IMG/VR virus record: IMGVR_UViG_3300013132_000038
From: an uncultured virus (IMG/VR IMGVR_UViG_3300013132_000038)
Taxonomy: Duplodnaviria > Heunggongvirae > Uroviricota > Caudoviricetes
DNA: 64,000 nucleotides
Strand: one strand, 5' to 3'
In this document: piece after piece, positions 21,522 through 27,772 of the stretch
Layout of the letters: each line of letters starts with the position of its first letter
How positions within the stretch are numbered: position 1 is the first letter of the stretch
Translations under genes and position numbers: made by a program
Notes under the pieces: generated by a model
Seen by the model: only the letters and a program-made list of their open reading frames with translations
Databases searched by the model: none
What the model was told of the DNA's origin: nothing

Positions 21522-22008
21522 TATACAAGGACATAAATCCAAAAAATACACCTATTAAATGACCCCAGTGGGATATGCCATCGGGGTCATTTAGTGAAAG
21601 GACCTCACCTAATAGCAATATAAAGAATAACACTAATGTTATCTTATTAAATTTTATTAAATATCTAGTTGCCAAAAAGTAAACTAATCCAGATATTCCC
21701 ACACTCGGTAAAACACCAAATAAAGAAACAACAAAGCAGAAGCACTGGATTAAAAATACAATTAAAATCATCTGCTTTAAATTATATTTGTTTCCACTGT
21801 ATAGGAGTAAAAGAAAAAGGAAAATTATATTAAATAAGAAGTGCATTATATCATGGTGCATAAATCCGCTAACAAAAGGTAATGATACAGCAAGATCTGC
21901 ATTACCGCCTAATAATAACATAAGAATTATTCCCACAGGATAAGCTAATATACATACGCCAATCATTTTTAGCGTTTCTAACGAGGATCTTTTTAAACTG
22001 TCTTTCAT
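21433..22008 (-). CDS. rhomboid family intramembrane serine protease
   Basis: FMH...HFLFN, catalytic GISG, and H.GHLIG motif. Confidence 0.85.
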   Translation of the reverse strand: MKDSLKRSSLETLKMIGVCILAYPVGIILMLLLGGNADLAVSLPFVSGFMHHDIMHFLFNIIFLFLLLLYSGNKYNLKQMILIVFLIQCFCFVVSLFGVLPSVGISGLVYFLATRYLIKFNKITLVLFFILLLGEVLSLNDPDGISHWGHLIGVFFGFMSLYTNNYILRHLVNILPYKLVRVINNIFLPQQ

Positions 22009-22136
22009 AATAATTGTTTTGTTGTGTAATTGTAGAAAAAATCGTAAGATATAAAAAAAGATTCCGGATCTTTTTTATTAATAGAAATAGTCTATATTTG
22101 TGAAACAAAACAAAAAGGACAATATATAGTAATTAA

Positions 22137-22196
22137 ATGAACACAATATCTAACATATTACCTTTAATACTAAGACCGTCGATAAGACGGTCCTGA
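22137..22196 (+). CDS. putative attenuator leader peptide 1 (MNTISNILPLILRPSIRRS)
   Basis: 19-codon ORF after TATATTTG (22093) with an A-rich start; codons match the downstream tRNA set. Confidence 0.6.
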   Translation: MNTISNILPLILRPSIRRS

Positions 22197-22262
22197 AAGG
22201 TCCTGTATTAGTTTAACTATAACCATTAAAAACCGGGACCTTTAAAAAGTCCCGGTTTTTTT
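22196..22262 (+). promoter_or_regulatory. antiterminator/terminator pair before tRNA array 1
   Basis: Terminator AAAAACCGGGAC/GTCCCGGTTTTTTT; AAAGGTCCTG (22196-22205) can instead pair with CGGGACCTTT (22234-22243). Confidence 0.7.
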
Positions 22263-22292
22263 ATGTTCTTTGAAATGTTGGATTATTAAATT

Positions 22293-22382
22293 AGAGGGTT
22301 GCCAGAGCCAGGTTTAATGGATCAGTCTTGAAAACTGACGTAGTGAAAGCTACCGGGGGTTTGAATCCCTCACTCTCTGCCA
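22293..22382 (+). tRNA. tRNA-Ser(TGA)
   Basis: Cloverleaf with long variable arm, CT-TGA-AA loop, encoded CCA. Confidence 0.92.
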
Positions 22383-22385
22383 ATT

Positions 22386-22457
22386 GCCTCCGTAGTTCAA
22401 CGGATAGAACATGTGACTTCTAATCTCAAAATGTGGGTTCGATTCCCGCCGGAGGTA
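22386..22457 (+). tRNA. tRNA-Arg(TCT)
   Basis: Cloverleaf, CT-TCT-AA loop, GGTTCGATTCC T-arm. Confidence 0.9.
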
Positions 22458-22491
22458 CTAAAAAATAAAAGGGTCTATCGATATATAGATT

Positions 22492-23055
22492 ATGGAATAC
22501 AAAAAAGAAGAATTGGAAAAATATCTTTTTCAAGATAAATTAAATTACCGGCAGATTGGCGAAATCTACGGAACATCGGGAGTTTGGATAAGAAGAAAAG
22601 CTTTACAATTGGGAATACAATTAAAAACTAAAGAAAGCAAAAAATATTATTGTTTAAACTGCGATAAAGAAATAAAAAAAATGTCCAAGACACCAATATA
22701 TTGTAACAATAAATGTCAGGGCGATTATAAAAGAAAAAATAATATAGAATATTGGTTAAACAATCAGGATGAATTTTCTGATATTTTACTTAATCATTCA
22801 AAGAGTTATATTAAGTATTATTTAGAGAAAGAGCAGGGAAAAAAATGTAAAATATGTGGATGTAATTCAGTTTGGAATAATAAACCGATGGTTTTTATTC
22901 TGGATCATATAGACGGTAACGCTTCAAATAATAAAAGATTAAATCTTAGATTAATATGCCACAATTGCGATTCGCAGTTACCCACATATAAAAGCAAGAA
23001 TAAAAATTCTGCTAGAACTAGTAGATATAGAAAAAATACACCGCCCTCTACCTAG
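22492..23055 (+). CDS. HNH homing endonuclease inserted in the tRNA array
   Basis: CxxC, LDHIDGN..NN...NLRLICHNCDS. Confidence 0.9.
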   Translation: MEYKKEELEKYLFQDKLNYRQIGEIYGTSGVWIRRKALQLGIQLKTKESKKYYCLNCDKEIKKMSKTPIYCNNKCQGDYKRKNNIEYWLNNQDEFSDILLNHSKSYIKYYLEKEQGKKCKICGCNSVWNNKPMVFILDHIDGNASNNKRLNLRLICHNCDSQLPTYKSKNKNSARTSRYRKNTPPST

Positions 23056-23204
23056 CGCTGGGTATGGATCGAAGATAGAATATGCCTCTACACCGTAGAC
23101 AGGTAGGATACCTCGGTATTCTTTAATGATAAGCACACTTATTCTCCAAATCGTAGGTTGGCACAGTTTGCATGTTCTGGGGATATTAGAAAAACATGCA
23201 ACCG

Positions 23205-23277
23205 CGGGATGTAGATCAGTTGGTAGATCGCCTGGTTTGGGACCAGGAGGCCCCAGGTTCGAGTCCTGGTATCCCGA
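23205..23277 (+). tRNA. tRNA-Pro(TGG)
   Basis: Cloverleaf, TT-TGG-GA loop. Confidence 0.93.
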
Positions 23278-23284
23278 CAACCAC

Positions 23285-23358
23285 AGAGGCGTAGCTCAAT
23301 TGGTTAGAGCACATGCCTTATACGCATGCGGTCATGGGTTCGACTCCCATCGTCTCTA
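23285..23358 (+). tRNA. tRNA-Ile(TAT)
   Basis: CATGC-CT-TAT-AC-GCATG anticodon arm. Confidence 0.9.
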
Positions 23359-23362
23359 CTTA

Positions 23363-23436
23363 GGTCCCTTAGCTCAGTAGGTTAGAGCAACTGACTCATA
23401 ATCAGTAGGTCCACGGTTCGAGCCCGTGAGGGACCA
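23363..23436 (+). tRNA. tRNA with CAT anticodon, probably Ile2 (lysidine type)
   Basis: GGTCCCTTAGCTCAG...GACTCATAATC body resembles bacterial tRNA-Ile2. Confidence 0.85.
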
Positions 23437-23445
23437 CACAAGTCT

Positions 23446-23526
23446 GCCTGGGTGGTGAAACTGGTAGACACGTTCGGCTTAAGATCGAATGCGAAATGCG
23501 TGCGGGTTCGACTCCCGCCCCGGGTA
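23446..23526 (+). tRNA. tRNA-Leu(TAA)
   Basis: CT-TAA-GA loop, variable arm, T-arm. Confidence 0.9.
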
Positions 23527-23531
23527 CATTT

Positions 23532-23634
23532 TAAGAGTGGTGGAAGCGAGACCACTACAAGGATCCGATAGATAGACGCTAGGGTGCCATTCCCCGGAAC
23601 GAAAGTTCATGTTGGTGCAAGTCTAATCTCTTAC
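23532..23634 (+). ncRNA. tRNA-like structured RNA of unknown type
   Basis: Closing stem TAAGAG/CTCTTA, T-arm-like GTTGG-TGCAAGT-CTAAT, three internal hairpins. Confidence 0.45.
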
Positions 23635-23654
23635 TTTTTTTGGATATATAAATT

Positions 23655-24080
23655 ATGAAAATTAAAAGTATCCACGATTTTAATAATTCAATATTAAATA
23701 AACAATATCCTAAATATACACTAATAATAGGGGAAAAATCCGAGGATGTATTTAATTTCTTTGGCGTAGAAGAATTACACGGTCTATATAAAAAAGATTG
23801 CTACGATAATCCAGGTGATGCCTATATAGGCGGGTTATGTAATGTATATCCAGATGATCATAGTAAGTTATTTCTTTTTTTAAATGCAACAAGGCTAGGT
23901 AATGGATATAAAGATGTTTTATTGATTATGCACGAATCTATGCACCTATCTTTAGAAATACACGGAACAGATTTAACTTATAAAGGTGTAGATATAGAAG
24001 AAATTGCTATAACATGGGCAGAAGAAAATGCAGATTCAATTTACAATTTTATAAAATCTAGAGGAATAATAGATATATAA
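23655..24080 (+). CDS. putative zincin-like metallopeptidase
   Basis: HESMH ... EE motif. Confidence 0.45.
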   Translation: MKIKSIHDFNNSILNKQYPKYTLIIGEKSEDVFNFFGVEELHGLYKKDCYDNPGDAYIGGLCNVYPDDHSKLFLFLNATRLGNGYKDVLLIMHESMHLSLEIHGTDLTYKGVDIEEIAITWAEENADSIYNFIKSRGIIDI

Positions 24081-24091
24081 ATAAAAATACA

Positions 24092-24370
24092 ATGAAACAT
24101 ATATTCGAATTTGAATCATTTTCCGAAAAAGTAAACGAGGGATTCTGGGACTCCCTTTTTGGGAGACCAACTGTTGATGATGCAGCTCATGATTCTATGA
24201 GGGGACAAGGATGGAGTCATAGAGGTAAAGACGAAGAGAACTATATTATGTTTCAAGGACAAAAATTCTACCCGGATCAAATCCAATATGATGATGCTTA
24301 TTCAACTAAACCTATTCCAAGAATAGAAAATGGTATGTTAATAGTTGCTAATCCAGCATGGAATTTATAA
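24092..24370 (+). CDS. small protein with MKHIFEFESF N-terminus
   Basis: GATATATA at 24072 and shared motif. Confidence 0.55.
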   Translation: MKHIFEFESFSEKVNEGFWDSLFGRPTVDDAAHDSMRGQGWSHRGKDEENYIMFQGQKFYPDQIQYDDAYSTKPIPRIENGMLIVANPAWNL

Positions 24371-24446
24371 AAAAATTCAGGAATCATTTTTTTAATCAGA
24401 AACTTTTTACTACTTTTGTAATAATAAATAAAGGAACAAAAATTCA

Positions 24447-24521
24447 ATGCAACAATTTTTAAATATCGCACAGGTTCAACTCGATCGTCTTGAGGATATT
24501 GGAAAGTTCCAGAGGAATTAA
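24447..24521 (+). CDS. putative attenuator leader peptide 2 (MQQFLNIAQVQLDRLEDIGKFQRN)
   Basis: 24-codon ORF after TACTTTTG (24411), ending just before a terminator and tRNA array 2. Confidence 0.5.
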   Translation: MQQFLNIAQVQLDRLEDIGKFQRN

Positions 24522-24571
24522 ATTGATATAACGATACAATTGAAACCTCTGATAACCTCAGAGGTTTTTTT
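24510..24571 (+). promoter_or_regulatory. antiterminator/terminator pair before tRNA array 2
   Basis: Terminator AAACCTCTGA/TCAGAGGTTTTTTT; upstream CAGAGG (24510-24515) can pair with CCTCTG (24546-24551). Confidence 0.65.
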
Positions 24572-24601
24572 GTTTTATATGGTCTTTGAAATATTGAAAT
24601 T

Positions 24602-24686
24602 AGGAATAAGGTAACCACAAACCCACTGGTATTAGGCAGTTCTTGAGATGGAATGCAAGATAGAACGTAGGTCCTGCCTTATTCCT
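24602..24686 (+). ncRNA. structured RNA of unknown type
   Basis: 11-bp closing stem AGGAATAAGGT/GCCTTATTCCT with internal hairpins. Confidence 0.45.
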
Positions 24687-24692
24687 TCTTAT

Positions 24693-24764
24693 GGTCGGTT
24701 CATCTAGGGGTCAGGATACAAGGTTTTCATCCTTGTCACACGGGTTCGAATCCCGTACCGACTA
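24693..24764 (+). tRNA. tRNA-Glu(TTC)
   Basis: CAAGG-TT-TTC-AT-CCTTG anticodon arm, T-arm. Confidence 0.92.
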
Positions 24765-24821
24765 CGCAAAAAACATTGGACTGGGTTTCCCTATCCCGTT
24801 TGGGCAGGGTTTTGAAGGTTC

Positions 24822-24883
24822 GGGGATAAACAGTTAGAAGGGCCTTTCCTGAAAGACGGCTTGCTAGGCCCGTGTTTATCCCT
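24822..24883 (+). ncRNA. structured RNA of unknown type
   Basis: GGGGATAAACA/TGTTTATCCCT and GGGCCT/AGGCCC stacked stems. Confidence 0.45.
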
Positions 24884-24889
24884 ATTTTT

Positions 24890-24963
24890 GGTCCGTTAGT
24901 AGAGTTGGTCACAACGCCGCCCTGTCACGGCGGAGGTCATGGGTTCGAATCCCATACGGACCG
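24890..24963 (+). tRNA. tRNA-Asp(GTC)
   Basis: CCGCC-CT-GTC-AC-GGCGG anticodon arm. Confidence 0.92.
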
Positions 24964-24970
24964 CAGATAT

Positions 24971-25043
24971 TGCGGGATGTGGAAGATGGTTATCCGCTCG
25001 GTCTCATAAGCCGAGATCGCCAGTTCGAGTCTGGCTCCCGCTA
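24971..25043 (+). tRNA. tRNA-Met(CAT), initiator-like
   Basis: Unpaired 1:72 (T/T), GCGGGA acceptor, CTCATAA loop. Confidence 0.8.
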
Positions 25044-25047
25044 CTAA

Positions 25048-25128
25048 GCCCAGGTGGTGGAACGGTAGACACGCTAGATTTAGGATCTAGTGCCGAGAGG
25101 TGTGAGGGTTCGAGTCCCTCCCTGGGTA
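25048..25128 (+). tRNA. tRNA-Leu(TAG)
   Basis: CTAGA-TT-TAG-GA-TCTAG arm, variable arm. Confidence 0.92.
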
Positions 25129-25137
25129 CAATAAAAA

Positions 25138-25214
25138 GACCTTGTATCTCCTCGAACTCATAATGCGTAGAAAGGGTAATTGGTTACATGAGGGTTCGAT
25201 CCCCTCCGGGGCCA
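25138..25214 (+). ncRNA. non-canonical tRNA-like RNA (CAT loop, no conventional D-arm)
   Basis: Acceptor-like GACCTTG/CGGGGCC, intact T-arm GAGGG-TTCGATC-CCCTC, CTCATAA loop. Confidence 0.55.
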
Positions 25215-25234
25215 CAGAAAATAAAAAGGAATAT

Positions 25235-26047
25235 ATGATATGCGAAAGATGTAGTATAGAATACCATATAAAATATGGATCAGGAAGGTATTGTTCTAAA
25301 AAATGTGCATTTACGTTAAATGAGAATCAATTATCAGCATTAAGAAAGCCAAAATCCGAGGAGACTAAAAAAAATATGAGTAAACCCAAAAAAGATTCGT
25401 CTAAAATGGGGAAATATAATAAATGGGGTAATAATAATCCAAATTCGAAAAATAAAAAAGGAGATCTGAAATCCAGAAAAAATTCATCATATCATAATGT
25501 ATGCAAATCAAACAAAGATAATGGGTTAAGATGGGACGAGAAAGAAAAAAAGAATCATTCCGAAAAAATGAAAGGAGATTCTAATTGGATGAGAGGAAAA
25601 AAACACACGGAGAAAACTAAAACAAAAATATCAAACACTAAGAAAAACCAATATAAATTAGGTTTGGTGAAAAATAATTCATACTTTATATCAAAAGCAG
25701 AAAAAGAAATAGCATTGATATTAGAAGAGAATAAAATAACATACAAATCTCAGTACCCTCTAGATCGAGGGAGGTATTTTTATGATTTTTATATACCAGA
25801 AAAAAATCTAATAGTAGAATATAATGGGGATTTTTGGCACGGGAACCCGAATAAATATAAAGAAAATGACATAATAGGAGTAGGATCTACCAAAATGGAA
25901 GCTAAGTACAAATGGGAAATAGACAAAAAAAAGATGGAATACGCTACTTCTAAAGGATACAGATATTTAGTGATATGGGAATCTGATTACAAAAAGAATA
26001 AAAATATAATTATCAATCTATATGAAAATTTTGATATTGGATCATGA
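25235..26047 (+). CDS. homing endonuclease-like protein (NUMOD3-type repeats + Vsr/DUF559-like nuclease)
   Basis: GKKHTEKTKTKIS repeat; YDFY...IVEYNGDFWH ... VIWESD; real ATG at 25235. Confidence 0.8.
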   Translation: MICERCSIEYHIKYGSGRYCSKKCAFTLNENQLSALRKPKSEETKKNMSKPKKDSSKMGKYNKWGNNNPNSKNKKGDLKSRKNSSYHNVCKSNKDNGLRWDEKEKKNHSEKMKGDSNWMRGKKHTEKTKTKISNTKKNQYKLGLVKNNSYFISKAEKEIALILEENKITYKSQYPLDRGRYFYDFYIPEKNLIVEYNGDFWHGNPNKYKENDIIGVGSTKMEAKYKWEIDKKKMEYATSKGYRYLVIWESDYKKNKNIIINLYENFDIGS

Positions 26048-26540
26048 TGGGGTGATTTGCCTTGCTAATCAATGGGGAGGACGATACAAGAAGAAGGGAT
26101 ACGATAGTAATCCGGAAACACCTCTAGATATCCGTATGGACAGTTTTGACTCCAAGGCTGTTAAGGTTTTAAAAGAGATTATTGATATAACTGGATGTGA
26201 GATAGTTGTTTCGTCAGATTGGAAAAAATGGGGAAATCTAGAACAAATGCAGAAGATGTATATTACCAGAGGAATTAAGCCTCCAATAGATCTCACGCCA
26301 AACATGAAAGATTTTGACGAGAATGGTTTTGCTCTTTTTAATTGGAAAGGGTTTTATGAAGCTATTCGTGTTACAGAGATCCGAGAATGGCTTAAAAACC
26401 ATCCAGAGGTAACCCATTGGGTAGCTGTAGATGATCTTGACCTTTCCAAGTTAGAAAACTTTGTAATGACCACTCGACCTCATAACGAGGGTATAAAACA
26501 GTCGGGAATCAAGGATAAAATCGTTAAATTTTTATCTTAA
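26022..26540 (+). CDS. HAD-family phosphatase (Swiss-Army-knife RNA-repair-like)
   Basis: LDHDGV, VVSSDW, WVAVDD. Confidence 0.75.
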   Translation: MKILILDHDGVICLANQWGGRYKKKGYDSNPETPLDIRMDSFDSKAVKVLKEIIDITGCEIVVSSDWKKWGNLEQMQKMYITRGIKPPIDLTPNMKDFDENGFALFNWKGFYEAIRVTEIREWLKNHPEVTHWVAVDDLDLSKLENFVMTTRPHNEGIKQSGIKDKIVKFLS

Positions 26541-27059
26541 ATTGAAAAATCTTTTTTTAGGGCCGTTATATTTCACTATTTTTGTGATATAATGTATGTA
26601 TAAGTTTAACATTAAAAATTTTATTATGGAAAAACAAATTTTAAAAAGATTTACTATGAACGTAGATCACACAAACCCAGATGCTAAAGTGGAATTTACT
26701 GTTATTGGAACAGGTAAAACAGAAAAAGAAGCAGCGGTATTTGCTCTTGGTATGTTTTATAAAATTATGGACGGAGAGGAGGGAGATCAAGGCATTCAAA
26801 GATATGATGATGCTTTGGAAATTGTTAACGAGAAATTGAGTGCGGAGGAAATTGATCAAGCAGTAGACTCTTTAATACAGGGAGAGATAGAAAAAGATTC
26901 AGATATTTTCTATAATGCTTATGATTCCACTAAGGTTGAATATAGCTGGAGCGAGGTTAAAGAAGTGTCAGAGTGTGGATATACGGCCAGTATGGAAGTA
27001 ATTGAAACTTATTACTAATTAATTCGAAAAATATCAAAAATCATTTTTAGATATTTTGG

Positions 27060-27089
27060 AAAAGGCTTCGATTATTCGAAGCCTTTTTT
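27060..27089 (+). terminator. intrinsic terminator
   Basis: AAAAGGCTTCGA-TTAT-TCGAAGCCTTTTTT. Confidence 0.75.
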
Positions 27090-27099
27090 ATTTGTTCTT

Positions 27100-27171
27100 T
27101 TTTCCCTCGTCTAATTGGCAGGACATGTGGTTTTGGCCCACAGAATTAAGGCCCGAATCCTTGGGGGAAAA
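27100..27171 (+). tRNA. tRNA-Gln(TTG) with atypical T-loop
   Basis: TGTGG-TT-TTG-GC-CCACA arm; T-loop is CCCGAAT instead of TTCGAAT. Confidence 0.7.
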
Positions 27172-27211
27172 CAAAGATAAATATAATAGACCAGTATGTA
27201 AAAATGTAGTT

Positions 27212-27700
27212 ATGAAAGTGCTAGTATTAAATAATGACTTCACGCCGGTAAGCGTTACCGACTTTGCTCGGGGCTTTAAACTCGTATACAAGGGTAAAGC
27301 AGAGGTTTTGGAGCACGACGAAAATAATCCTATTGTTACGGATCAGAAAATTTACAAAAGGCCCTCAGTTATAAGACTGCTAAAGTATGTTGTTTTGCCT
27401 TTTAAGAAGTTAAAACCAACCAGGGAGAACATATTTAAGAGAGATGAATTAAAATGCTTATACTGTGATTATACAAAGCAACTTACTATAGATCACGTAA
27501 CTCCTAGATCTAGAGGAGGTATAAATACGTGGGAGAATCTTGCCACTTGCTGTTCTAAATGTAACAGTAAAAAGGGAGATAGAACCCCAGAAGAAGCAGG
27601 GATGAAAATGCGACATAGGCCATTTAAACCTGGATACGGGTATTTTATTAGGAAATTTTCCAGCGGTATGGATATTTGGACTGCATATTTACCAGAATAA
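27212..27700 (+). CDS. HNH endonuclease (McrA-like)
   Basis: VLVLN..F.P, RD..CLYC, TIDHV.PRSRGG..TWENLATCC..CN; real start ATG 27212. Confidence 0.9.
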   Translation: MKVLVLNNDFTPVSVTDFARGFKLVYKGKAEVLEHDENNPIVTDQKIYKRPSVIRLLKYVVLPFKKLKPTRENIFKRDELKCLYCDYTKQLTIDHVTPRSRGGINTWENLATCCSKCNSKKGDRTPEEAGMKMRHRPFKPGYGYFIRKFSSGMDIWTAYLPE

Positions 27701-27772
27701 TTTAAAAATCCTTAAGAATTAATGGATTTTTTGTGTGATAAGCTTCTATAACATAAGTAAAAAAATAAACTT

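Noticed and set aside
22492..23055. Group I intron carrying the HNH gene
   Set aside because: Flanking tRNAs are intact and no intron core is recognisable; treated as a free-standing endonuclease
22978..23380. ORF-track proteins 22978..23280(-) and 23126..23380(+)
   Set aside because: They overlap tRNA genes and are spurious translations
24841..24860. Hammerhead-like CTGAAAGA
   Set aside because: Does not match CUGANGA, and no properly placed GAAA core is present
24939..25234. ORF 24939..25163 and the N-terminal extension of 25142..26047
   Set aside because: They overlap tRNA genes; the plausible start is ATG 25235
27056..27211. N-terminal extension of the HNH ORF
   Set aside because: It runs through a terminator and tRNA-Gln; the family-like sequence starts at ATG 27212
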